The position numbers were made by a program, and so were the translations under genes. The notes beneath the pieces are model-generated. The model was not told where the DNA came from and did not search any database. It worked only from the letters and a program-made list of their open reading frames with translations. DNA of 63,602 nucleotides, the filler included, from Globobulimina sp. (lineage: Eukaryota): the NCBI GenBank assembly GCA_003354225.1. It is 38 parts of 38 records of this genome, joined end to end, with 100 filler letters (N's around TTAATTAATTAA, not from the genome) between each part and the next. Parts side by side here need not be neighbours in the genome. Positions count along the whole stretch, not along the records: positions 1 to 1,578 come from PIVH01014597.1; positions 1,679 to 3,256 come from PIVH01014598.1; positions 3,357 to 4,934 come from PIVH01014599.1; positions 5,035 to 6,612 come from PIVH01014600.1; positions 6,713 to 8,290 come from PIVH01014601.1; positions 8,391 to 9,968 come from PIVH01014602.1; 32 more parts are not named here. One strand, given 5' to 3'. Below are positions 1-10,068 of the stretch, piece by piece (the stretch's first letter is position 1; every line of letters starts with the position of its first letter).

Positions 1-1059
1 TCCCAATCCAGCCATAGGATACAGCCATTTTGTATAATGGATCAAAAAATGGAAGTAAAAGCCTACGTTCTCACCGTAATAATCACGGATCGCGTCGCAA
101 AATGCTAAGTTTACCGAAGGTGTTCGACATTTTAAGCGCTGCGCGTTTTGCTGTTTATACAACGGTCGCTCCGTAGGACCTTGATGCAAAGCAAAAAAAT
201 GCATCAATGGATGATGTTTGTTGCTTAAATGTTTGGTGACAATGAAGTTAGCACCGCCTAATACCACATCATCCGTCAACATCTCGTACAAAATGCGCAA
301 ATATAAGCGATGGGTCATGATGCTGCCATGCTGTCTGTAATATACTTGCGAGCTGATACTCGTATTGTATTCAATGTGGATGTTGTCCCAGTCGCTGGTT
401 TCCAATTTGTTAAAAGGTTTATCCCGATCGGGCACAGCGAATGTCTTCGACTCAGAGGCGTCGATTCGAGTACGTTGCGCTAATTTAAATTCGGGGAATT
501 CGTCGCGACTGAACATTATGGCCGAGCGCGCATCAATGGGTACGTCAATTTTGTGCTTATCGGCCCAATCCTCGGCCACTTTGTTCGTGGTCGCAATGAT
601 GACATAAAAATATTTCTCAATACGATCAGATTCTATATGGTAGGAAATGTTGGCGCTTTTGAAGTGTGACAATAAGTCATACGGCCCGTTGGACTCAGGA
701 GCTACACCCAGCGCTTGTTGCAAATTGGCCTCCCAGCCATCGTCGGTATACTCGTTTCTACCGCCTTTTAGGTCGGGATGCATGTCGATTTGTAAGGTGT
801 TGTCGGCGAAGGTGATTAAATATGGAGCGGTTTTATTGGAACCAAAGCCATATTCTTTCTCTTGCTCAAACACTAAGCAATATCCTTGCGTGGGGATTAG
901 ATTTAATATCCCGCCGTGACCTGCGATGCCTTGACTACTGGCACTTGAATCAGTGCTTCCGTAATTTGGGATATCTTGAGGTTCTGACACTGCTTTTTCT
1001 TCTTCTTTTACTTTTAATGGGAGATCACTGGGCTCGCTTTGTTTAGCCTCTTGTGACAT
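1..1059 (-). CDS. Anoctamin/TMEM16 family protein, N-terminal part (runs off contig; absent from ORF track)
   Basis: Manual translation from ATG at 1059 is open to base 1: MSQEAKQSEP...GYCLVFEQE...YVIIATTNKVAEDWADKHKIDVPID...HFFALH...DAIRDYYGENVGFYFHFLIHYTKWLYPMAGLG. This matches the anoctamin IRxYFGEKIALYFxWLxxYTxWL motif. Confidence 0.88.
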   Translation of the reverse strand, partial: MSQEAKQSEPSDLPLKVKEEEKAVSEPQDIPNYGSTDSSASSQGIAGHGGILNLIPTQGYCLVFEQEKEYGFGSNKTAPYLITFADNTLQIDMHPDLKGGRNEYTDDGWEANLQQALGVAPESNGPYDLLSHFKSANISYHIESDRIEKYFYVIIATTNKVAEDWADKHKIDVPIDARSAIMFSRDEFPEFKLAQRTRIDASESKTFAVPDRDKPFNKLETSDWDNIHIEYNTSISSQVYYRQHGSIMTHRLYLRILYEMLTDDVVLGGANFIVTKHLSNKHHPLMHFFALHQGPTERPLYKQQNAQRLKCRTPSVNLAFCDAIRDYYGENVGFYFHFLIHYTKWLYPMAGLG

Positions 1060-1128
1060 AGCTTTTTAGTTTTTGAGCATTTGTAATTTACAGTGGTCTA
1101 GTCCTAAAAACAGTGGTTGATCCAAACA

Positions 1129-1578
1129 ATGGGTAACACCCTCAGATATTGCACAGATACACCGACTGATGACCTACAAAAACGGTCGAATAAGATATCA
1201 AGAAAAAGTTTGTTTGATGCAACAGTCGAAGGATATTGTTTGGTATTCAAACGTGAAACAGATTTCTGCCAATTACAAGTAATCCGTAATAAGAATGCAA
1301 AAGCAGATATTTTAAGGGTAAACAAAGAAAAATTCAACGAAAAACACAAAAATAAAGCTGATATATATTGGAATAACAAAGATAAATATTTTGCGAATAT
1401 GGAAGATTTATTGCAAAGTTTACGTGAAACCAAAGATACCAAAAGAAAAAAATATTACGTCCAATATAGAATAATCGAATCAGAATATGACGAGGAACAT
1501 ATTTATGTAGTTATCTCTGCGCAAGAATCATTAATTGAAAAATGGGCAGAAGAGCGACATGTTCATCTTCCAATTAAT
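1129..1578 (+). CDS. Second anoctamin-like paralog, N-terminal fragment
   Basis: Shares GYCLVF and YVVISAQESLIEKWAEERHVHLPIN with the divergent neighbour (YVIIATTNKVAEDWADKHKIDVPID); truncated at contig end. Confidence 0.65.
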
Positions 1579-1678
1579 NNNNNNNNNNNNNNNNNNNNNN
1601 NNNNNNNNNNNNNNNNNNNNNNTTAATTAATTAANNNNNNNNNNNNNNNNNNNNNNNNNNNNNNNNNNNNNNNNNNNN
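1579..1678. other. Artificial contig spacer (44 N + TTAATTAATTAA + 44 N); first of 37 identical spacers
   Basis: Identical 100-bp block every ~1.68 kb with stops in all six frames; contigs decrease monotonically from 1578 to 1575 bp. Confidence 0.99.
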
Positions 1679-1799
1679 TTTATTTTATTTTTTTGTTGCT
1701 CTGAAGCGATATTATATCGTAATGCTTTTTTTATATGTATTTATTATGGATTACACGTCTATGTGTTTTGTTTTATGTTTTTTGTGTTTCATTGCCATT

Positions 1800-1867
1800 A
1801 TGATAACCGTTTGTTGAGTAAAAAAGCAGTTTTTTCGTTTTTCGCACACGAATTTTTGTTTACTTTT
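1800..1867 (+). repeat. Dispersed 68-bp repeat, identical to 22630-22697
   Basis: ATGATAACCGTTTGTTGAGTAAAAAAGCAG...TTTACTTTT occurs identically in two unrelated contigs. Confidence 0.9.
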
Positions 1868-1961
1868 CGCACACGTAGAGCCTCACGCATCCGGCGCAAA
1901 TCCCCATGGACATGCTGACCCAAATCTTTTGCTAGAAATCTATGGATTGTTCTGTAAACAG

Positions 1962-2969
1962 TTACAATGTTAATGTCAAGATTAAAGGTTTATGATCCGA
2001 GCCAAAACCAATGCCATTGGCCACATCAGAAACATAATTTTGCAGCGTTTTATTCACAAAACAATGATCCAACCTTATCGGTGGTAGCATAAAATATCGG
2101 TTTGGAAACGACTTTAAATATCTTTTCCCACATAAATGAAACACACATTTCATATCTATTTTTCTATATTGTTTTATCCAAAAATTATATTGTGTCGTAT
2201 TAAAATCACCCGCAACTAACAATCCTTTATTTACATCATTTCCAATATTTTCTTCTTTTATAAGCTCAAATATTTTGGATTGATGAGAATTAAAATATTT
2301 TATATACGCTCCATCTTTAGATATTCGAGGTGGCGGTATATGAATATTATAGATTTGAATTAATAATTCATTTTTCATTCGAACCAATGTTTTGCAATAT
2401 GGAAAACCATCAATTTCAAATATTTCAGCCTGTATCAATTCGTATTTACTAAATATTGCTATTCCAAATCCATCTCTTCTTACTTGCTTTATATGAAATG
2501 GATACATATTTGGACATAAATTGAATTTATTAAATGATTCATCCCAAATGTAACTGAATTCTTGCAATAATAAAATATCCGCATTAATCGATATTATTTC
2601 CTTTGTAATCGGCACTGGATTTGTATGGACATTTAAGAGGTTACATGAAAATATCACAATCTTACATGACTGGTCAGTGCTTGTCGCTGTGTGCAGTTTG
2701 CGATTATGTAGCCATGGTTTGATTCGATCCACAAATTCAGGATAAATTGCTGTTAAATGGCTGATGCAAATATAACATGAGGATATGACCATAAATAAAT
2801 CATCAATGTGATGCATGAATGTTAATACAAGAATCATGCATTGAATCAAATATTCATAAAATAAAAACTGGTTTATCCATATTAAATACATGTGTGCATC
2901 GTATGTTTGTGGTATTAATCGTAATGTTACAGTGATAATATGAAAGAGAGTCACTATTCTACAAAGCAT
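1962..2969 (-). CDS. Membrane-anchored endonuclease/exonuclease/phosphatase (EEP, YafD-like) protein
   Basis: Motifs SCNLL, LLLQEF, AGDFN, RLDH and SDHKP; hydrophobic N-terminus; no introns. Confidence 0.85.
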   Translation of the reverse strand: MLCRIVTLFHIITVTLRLIPQTYDAHMYLIWINQFLFYEYLIQCMILVLTFMHHIDDLFMVISSCYICISHLTAIYPEFVDRIKPWLHNRKLHTATSTDQSCKIVIFSCNLLNVHTNPVPITKEIISINADILLLQEFSYIWDESFNKFNLCPNMYPFHIKQVRRDGFGIAIFSKYELIQAEIFEIDGFPYCKTLVRMKNELLIQIYNIHIPPPRISKDGAYIKYFNSHQSKIFELIKEENIGNDVNKGLLVAGDFNTTQYNFWIKQYRKIDMKCVFHLCGKRYLKSFPNRYFMLPPIRLDHCFVNKTLQNYVSDVANGIGFGSDHKPLILTLTL

Positions 2970-3031
2970 CCAAACTAGGAGGGGACAGGCCCCAAAAACC
3001 CAAGAGGAATTGATTTCTTAAAGTTTTGAAG

Positions 3032-3256
3032 ATTCATGCATCACATTGATGATTTATTTATGGTCATATCCTCATGTTATATTTGCATCAGTCATTTAAC
3101 AGCAATTTATCCTGAATTCGTGGATCGAATCAAACCATGGCTACATAATCGCAAACTACACACAGCGACAAGCACTGACCAGTCATGTAAGATTGTGATA
3201 TTTTCATGTAACCTCTTAAATGTCCATACAAATCCAGTGCCAATTTCAAAGGAAAT
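3032..3256 (+). repeat. Inverted partial copy of the EEP gene (matches 2596-2820)
   Basis: 225-bp inverted match with 5 substitutions, 4 of them synonymous. Confidence 0.9.
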
Positions 3257-3356
3257 NNNNNNNNNNNNNNNNNNNNNNNNNNNNNNNNNNNNNNNNNNNN
3301 TTAATTAATTAANNNNNNNNNNNNNNNNNNNNNNNNNNNNNNNNNNNNNNNNNNNN

Positions 3357-3514
3357 CCATGTTTTGCCTAACAAAAAAAACAATATTCAACTACACTGTG
3401 TTTACATAAAAAGTAGTGGTTAAACAGTAAATATACTGTTTGTCTATTTGTTTTTTCAGAGAAAAACAATGGAAGAGGATATTGTTTTTTTGATAGGCAA
3501 AACATGGGGTACCC
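3357..3514. mobile_element. MITE-like element with ~30-bp terminal inverted repeats (left end cut by contig edge)
   Basis: CCATGTTTTGCCTAACAAAAAAAACAATAT at 3357 pairs with ATATTGTTTTTTTGATAGGCAAAACATGG near 3479-3507. Confidence 0.55.
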
Positions 3515-3663
3515 AAAAATGTTTTGATACGCGATATGAAACTCTGTTTCAAATTTGCATACAAATGATACAACAAAGCGACTGAGAATTGGATCTGACA
3601 AAAAATTTAGCAAACAAAAAATATAATACATTTTGTATATAAATATAATATATATATGACATA

Positions 3664-4934
3664 TCATCTAATTTGATTATTTGCAATAACTGTAGTCTCA
3701 AAACTTATTTGTTGAACATGTGAATGTGTATGTTTTATTGATGCGTCTTTTGTTTGGATTGTTTCTTCAATGATATCCTGATTATCCTCAACATCTTGTT
3801 TATTATCGCCAGCTGATTGATTATTACTCGATGGTTTATTAGTCGCTGAATTTACCACATTTCCCAATATTCGCAAATCGTCCACGTCCATAACTGTCGA
3901 TTTACAGCAAATACAACACATGTAATGACACTTTAATTTGTATAATAATTTTAAAAACGATTTATATTCGCAAGTATTATGATTTTGCATTAAAAATACA
4001 CTTAAACTCCATGCAATGGATTGTATTCCCCACACTGTCCATGTCATGATATTTAAATAAATTGTATTATGTTGAAACACATTATAAAGCAATGAAATTA
4101 GAAATGATATAATCACAGTTGATTCGTATAAAACCGTCAAAATTATGATGCGATTTAAAATATTTCTGAAAAACAAATACAAACAATTTAGTTAGTTTAA
4201 ATTTTCAGAGTCAGAAAATATTACAAACAGTTGTGACGCTTAAAATTTAAAACGCGTTTTTTATTTATTGGCGCGCGCAAATTTTTATTTTTTTTAAATA
4301 TCTCAAAATCTCAAAAAAAAGACAACATCTGATTTTTTTTGGAGGAATGTGAATAACACCTTATTCTGTGATAAATTTCAACATTATTTTTTTTATATTT
4401 CGCAAACGATATTAATTTAATAATATACAACAAAAATGTGAGAGCATCCCAAGATAAATAGGTTAACCATGCGATATTTGTAATTTTGCCAAACCATCCT
4501 AACCCAAAATATAACGGATAATATTGGCCTTTGTTATTTATACCACATTGAATATGCCCTTCAACAAAGAACCATGGATATACGGTTACCGTTAAACTGA
4601 TAATAACGCCAACAAAATACATAAATATAAATAATATATTTGGATAACCAGCATTTGAATAAGTTTTTTCTTTCGAGAAACAATAATATAATCTTTGTAT
4701 TTGATAAAAACCAATAAATGTACCTTGTAAACCGGATGGAAGGAAAAATATTTTGGGGCAAAAATGACAAAAAAATGGGAAAAAACGAAGACATAAAACA
4801 AGACCCCATAATATGCCTGAAATCATACATAATTTTGCCCACAGGTTAAGATATTTTGATAGAGATGATATTTTTGTTGATGATTGTCTTTTTTTTAATT
4901 CTTTGCGCAATATAAATGCATTAATTAGCATGAA
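3664..4934 (-). CDS. Orphan 7TM (GPCR-like) membrane protein, 5'-partial, intron 4166-4359
   Basis: Multiple TM segments; GT-AG splice joins YHRIR|NILNRIIILT in frame; Cys-rich juxtamembrane tail. Confidence 0.7.
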
Positions 4935-5121
4935 NNNNNNNNNNNNNNNNNNNNNNNNNNNNNNNNNNNNNNNNNNNNTTAATTAATTAANNNNNNNNNN
5001 NNNNNNNNNNNNNNNNNNNNNNNNNNNNNNNNNNTGTGTGAAGTTTTCACTTCCATTGAACTATATCAGCAGACAATCGAAACATCAGAAAGATGGAAGT
5101 ATTCTTTCTATGATTCCATGA

Positions 5122-6612
5122 TTATAACGGCCGCACTTCAATCAAATTGTTATTTGACTCGTTGTTGTTGAAATGGCCCCACACCACACACTCGCAAGCA
5201 TGCCGCAAATGGTTTAGTTCGTCCTGCGACATTTTGCGGTCTGATAAGCGCGGGAAGCGCTCACTCAATTTCCTCACTAACTGATTAGAGTAATCGCCCA
5301 ATATTTTGCCATACCGATCCTCGAACTCCTTCCTCACGATCAATGCAGTCACATTGCACGACGTGTTTAATATATATTTGTCCGTAGCTTTGGTCAATAT
5401 CTCGTAGTTCTTATAACTATAATCAGTCAACAACTCGTTCTTATTTATATTGATATTGCTGTTGAAATTGCTGCCGACATTGTCATAGCCACTGTTGTAC
5501 GATGAGATATATTTAGCGTTGACTTTCATCGTCAACTTTTCCAAAATGTCCTCAAACCAAGTCAAGTTAAAGCGAAATTCGAACCATTTATTCGCGATGG
5601 GACATTGGCAAAATTCGTTAAAATGTTTATGACAGCACACCACCGACGCATCGCATTTACAGCGCACGCAGCCAATATAGATGCAATGATTACATTTGAC
5701 GCACTCTGCGTCTTCGTGCTGTCTCCGTCGTTTCTTTTTCTTAGGTTCCTCGCCATTGCCATCCGCATTGCTTTCGTCGTCTGAATCGTCAAACTGTTCT
5801 AAGTTATTATCATCGTACTTCATGCGGCCCGTACCATCCTTTTCTAGTTCTAAATAGTTCAAAGTGTCCAAGTTATCCAAATTGTCAAACAACAACAAGT
5901 CGTCCTTTGCATTCTGAGTCTTGATCTTGACCCATTGGCCGGGATCATAGTCCCAGGGACGGCCACGGGTCACATTGGCCGACAGCATGGTTTTAATGAA
6001 TTCGTAATGCGACTTATAGATAAATAAGAAACTCTCAAATAGCCATTTCAGAGTATTCAAATCCAAGATCTCGATCCGTTGGCACAGATTGCATATCAGC
6101 TCATTATGCGCGAACGCCTGCCGCCGGCCATACAGTCGATAGCGTTCAGCGCATTTCAAGCCAAAGGATAGCCATTCGGCAGTGGCAAAGTTGACTGCTT
6201 CCGCCACATTAAAACCTACATTGAAGCCGCAATGATAATTCTGCGGGAAAGTCACGATGAATTCGCCAGGGAGTTGGCGAGCTTTATAGATGGGAATGCC
6301 ATATTTCTTGTGCAGCACCAGCGGAGAGACCAACGTCACCAAATCAAACTGCTCGAAAGTGCCATTGAGAAACTCCTTCATGGCATCCTCCGCGATGCCC
6401 GCATGTAACGGAGGAATGCCGTACCATTGCTTGGTGTTACCGTAATGATTATAATTGACGCTGTACGAATAATGGTCTTCGTAATGCCAACCAAATGAAG
6501 TGAATAACATTCCAACGTAGATCCAGGGATAAGTCATGCCGGAAATGTCGCGATCTAAATGTTTCAGGATATTCCCCTTCGCATTTTTGATGTTCATTAA
6601 GTTAAAGTCATG
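5122..6612 (-). CDS. JmjC histone demethylase, KDM5/JARID1-like, internal fragment
   Basis: ISGMTYPWIYVGMLFTSFGWHYEDH, QLPGEFIVTFPQNYHCGFNVGFNVAEAVNFA, followed by a C5HC2 zinc finger. Confidence 0.93.
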   Translation of the reverse strand, partial: HDFNLMNIKNAKGNILKHLDRDISGMTYPWIYVGMLFTSFGWHYEDHYSYSVNYNHYGNTKQWYGIPPLHAGIAEDAMKEFLNGTFEQFDLVTLVSPLVLHKKYGIPIYKARQLPGEFIVTFPQNYHCGFNVGFNVAEAVNFATAEWLSFGLKCAERYRLYGRRQAFAHNELICNLCQRIEILDLNTLKWLFESFLFIYKSHYEFIKTMLSANVTRGRPWDYDPGQWVKIKTQNAKDDLLLFDNLDNLDTLNYLELEKDGTGRMKYDDNNLEQFDDSDDESNADGNGEEPKKKKRRRQHEDAECVKCNHCIYIGCVRCKCDASVVCCHKHFNEFCQCPIANKWFEFRFNLTWFEDILEKLTMKVNAKYISSYNSGYDNVGSNFNSNININKNELLTDYSYKNYEILTKATDKYILNTSCNVTALIVRKEFEDRYGKILGDYSNQLVRKLSERFPRLSDRKMSQDELNHLRHACECVVWGHFNNNESNNNLIEVRPL

Positions 6613-6712
6613 NNNNNNNNNNNNNNNNNNNNNNNNNNNNNNNNNNNNNNNNNNNNTTAATTAATTAANNNNNNNNNNNNNNNNNNNNNNNNNNNNNNNN
6701 NNNNNNNNNNNN

Positions 6713-7589
6713 TATAATTGTGTGCAATTTTTATCATTTGAATTCTAAATTTCTCAAAATAATTATTGATTGACTTTCTATTTGCATAATTATCAATATT
6801 TTGTAATAAAACAGCTACTGAATGTTGTTGGTTATTATTTTTAATTAATTTGTCAAATATTTGATATGAAACAAATGCATCTTCAGCAGCATACATAATT
6901 TGTGTTGTAGATAATTGATAATTCTCCCAGTTACTTAACGTTATATTTTTTGTTTTATATTCCATATCAAAGTCCAATGTTTTTTTACATAATTTCTTTA
7001 AACCTAAATATTTTTCTGGTTTTTTACTCAAATTAAAATTTAAATGATTTAAATCGATGCATTTTACAATATCAATTTTATGATCTACAAAAAATTTTAT
7101 TTTATCATCAATCACTCCAACACCGCATTTTATGATATTTTTGTTTCTTAAAATGTTTAATAATCCTGAGTCAAAAAACGATTTTGAAACATTTTTCAAT
7201 CGGTTTACTTGTATTAAAATTATAATATTTTCGTGCGCAATTTGAAACAGTGAGATTTTATTTTGTTTTCTACGTTTAATAAAATTAGGTTTCCATTCAC
7301 AATCAATTCCTAAATATAACGGATTATAATCTAATAATTTATTTACTGCAAATATCAGCGATCCAATATCTGATACTACGTAAACAGGAATGTTGTTATA
7401 ATGTCTTGTTGGGATTAAATGAATTTTATTATACATTTTTATCTCACCATCTGAAGACATAATGGGTGCATTTGGTAATGCTGGATATATTGATTCCGTA
7501 TACAAATTATCACCTTGCTTCAATTTATTGCATCTTGCAATCCAATTGCAATGATAATGGTTGTGTTTGCTCGGATTAACTCTATGCAT
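6713..7589 (-). CDS. DEDDy 3'-5' exonuclease (WRN-exo/EXD2-like), 3'-partial
   Basis: LGIDCEW (ExoI), KCGVGVIDD (ExoII), SNWENYQLSTTQIMYAAEDA (ExoIII). Confidence 0.88.
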
Positions 7590-7926
7590 TGTTTACTGGC
7601 TACTGCACACTCACGAAAACTGTGTCTTCACTCTTCATCCATCTCACATGGACGTACGTCACAGTACGTGCCTATATGACAGTATATGTACAGTTTCTGC
7701 ATGGAATACATCTATATGTACCCGTATATTTGCAGTATCTACATCTAAGATGTACCATAGATCATAGATGTACCGATATGTAATTTACTAATCTGAATCA
7801 GCACAACGTCAAAAACAAAATACAATGCGGATATATATCCTTACAAAAAATAGTATATAAATTAAATTTTATAATATCACACAATATAACAACAAATACA
7901 TATAAAGTTAAATTAACAAATATCGA

Positions 7927-8289
7927 TCAGTCCCTAATTCGATTTCTTTTGGCTGCGTAAAGACATAGATTCATAAAACATTTATTACAACAATTGCACA
8001 ATGAGATATATAATGGATAACCGAATGGAATCATCATGATCACACAAACGGAATTGATTAAACTATCAATACTCGCCATATTCATCGGTATCAGCAATGT
8101 CAACCTTGTTTGTGGCAGGAAAATAAAACGAAATGAACACCAAAAAAATGTCACCAACGCAACCGAGCTGGACGTAATAAACACCAATACAGAATTCCTT
8201 GCAGTCACTTGCAAAAAATCTAATCGCACCTTCTGACTATGTTTTTTTTTGGTTCTGACACTATTTCGGCGTACAATTGTTGGTGGTGC
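7927..8289 (-). CDS. C-terminal part of orphan 7TM protein
   Basis: Two TM helices and the DSLINSVC-x6-F-x4-Y-x3-C-x2-C motif shared with the 12055 gene. Confidence 0.65.
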   Translation of the reverse strand, partial: APPTIVRRNSVRTKKKHSQKVRLDFLQVTARNSVLVFITSSSVALVTFFWCSFRFIFLPQTRLTLLIPMNMASIDSLINSVCVIMMIPFGYPLYISLCNCCNKCFMNLCLYAAKRNRIRD

Positions 8290-8390
8290 TNNNNNNNNNN
8301 NNNNNNNNNNNNNNNNNNNNNNNNNNNNNNNNNNTTAATTAATTAANNNNNNNNNNNNNNNNNNNNNNNNNNNNNNNNNNNNNNNNNNNN

Positions 8391-9039
8391 TGTCCACTGT
8401 GAATACATAATATACGACACTCATAACGAGATAGGCGGCACCAGGTATAACCATACACACTCTCCAAGCGGCACTGTTGGACAAACCATATTGATTTACA
8501 AAGTGTGTGTATAATAATGGCATAAGGAAATTAGCACAGCCACCACCAAAATTGCCCCATCCTGCTGACGTTGCATTGGCTGTTCCAACCACTTTGCCAG
8601 CAAACATTGCAGTTGTGTGGAACTGAGTTATCACAAAAGCTGAGCCGAGGACGCCAATCAGTAGCGATACTATGATAAAACCAGTGCGTGATTGCACCCA
8701 CGCCATGCCTGCGACGGGCAACGCACAAACTAATAACAGTACAACGTAGCTTCTTTTTGGACCAAATTTATCACATAAATAACCAATAATAACTCTGAAA
8801 ATAACAGTGGATGCTACAGAACAACCACCAGCAATGGCGCGGTCTGTATCGGATAATCCTAGATCTTGTTTGATTTGAGGATATAAATTAGCGGTAGCGA
8901 ACCAACCAAAGAAGCATAGCCAGAAAGAAAACCAAGTAATATGGAACACTCTTAGCTGTATTGCTTGGCAATGACATAGCCATAATCGGGTTGCTTGACC
9001 GAATTGGTTAGTGGGTATTAGTTTGCGTGGGCAGCACAT
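8391..9039 (-). CDS. NRT2: High-affinity nitrate/nitrite porter (NNP/MFS), N-terminal half
   Basis: RVFHITWFSFWLCFFGWFA, GYLCDKFGPK, FVITQFHTTAMF, GTANATSAGWGNFGGG (nitrate signature). Confidence 0.93.
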
Positions 9040-9171
9040 TTGAGCTCATTACTTGATGATAACGAAAGAAGGGATTTTTCGGATTACTAAAACTTCATCA
9101 CTCGCCAACAGCTTTCATAAACAATACAGTGTTTCCCACAGACACTCGTAAATATTATAATTTCAACAACC

Positions 9172-9519
9172 ATGCTTTATTTCATTGGCAATAATGAGTA
9201 TGGTGAATTTGGTGATGGTGATACAAAAGACATTAAAAAATTAAGTGCGCCAAATTGGAACCAAAACCAACGAATTTCACAGATTTATAATGGATTTGGA
9301 TTCAGTATTTATCAACATCCAAACAATATATTTTATTCTGCTGGAACTAATGAGTATGGATCATGTATTCAAGAAAAGAAAGAAAAGGAAATGATGAAAG
9401 CATGCAATATCAAATCATTACAAGGCATCGCAGTTAAATCCATATTTTGTAATCCAGTCTCATTGCATGGATTCATATTAACAATTATAGCTACTTCAGA
9501 CACTCAAGTTTTAAGATAA
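9172..9519 (+). CDS. RCC1-like repeat protein, N-terminal fragment
   Basis: GNNEYGEFGDG and YSAGTNEYG repeats; ends abruptly. Confidence 0.55.
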   Translation: MLYFIGNNEYGEFGDGDTKDIKKLSAPNWNQNQRISQIYNGFGFSIYQHPNNIFYSAGTNEYGSCIQEKKEKEMMKACNIKSLQGIAVKSIFCNPVSLHGFILTIIATSDTQVLR

Positions 9520-10068
9520 ATTGCAAGGAGAAATATTTTAAATTATATTAAATAGAATATATAAATGAACAGAAAGAGTTTGGTCAACGTTTTTCACGTT
9601 TGCAGGTAAAGTCAGTGGGATCCAAACCAAAGACAATGATGACCAAAAGTAATTAGTTTAAATATCTGTACATAATATAAATAAACTAAAACTTTGGTTG
9701 TCAGAGTCTTCGACCAACCGTCGTAGCGTACTACACGATCTCACTGACGGACAGCGCACTTCAGAAATCAGAGGACTAGGTCAGACTATATAAATCACTG
9801 TGTTCACCACTGATTTTTGTTCTGAGTGCCTATCAAAAACGGTTTTGTAACCCATGATATGAGATGCCCGTCACATGAAACTTGTTTTAGATTTTGTCCA
9901 ATAGAATGTGCTAATCTGAAAAATCAAAATGACCATAACTTTCGCAATAATGATGCAATCCAAATTCTNNNNNNNNNNNNNNNNNNNNNNNNNNNNNNNN
10001 NNNNNNNNNNNNTTAATTAATTAANNNNNNNNNNNNNNNNNNNNNNNNNNNNNNNNNNNNNNNNNNNN

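Noticed and set aside
365-1046. Plus-strand ORFs 365-607, 647-919 and 822-1046, and similar short antisense ORFs throughout
   Set aside because: They are shadows of the real opposite-strand genes (here the anoctamin).
4159-4224. GTAATATTTTC match inside the 7TM intron as a third introner copy
   Set aside because: Only about 11 AT-rich bases match, the CCNNTCAAAAC part is absent, and it is not at the donor site.
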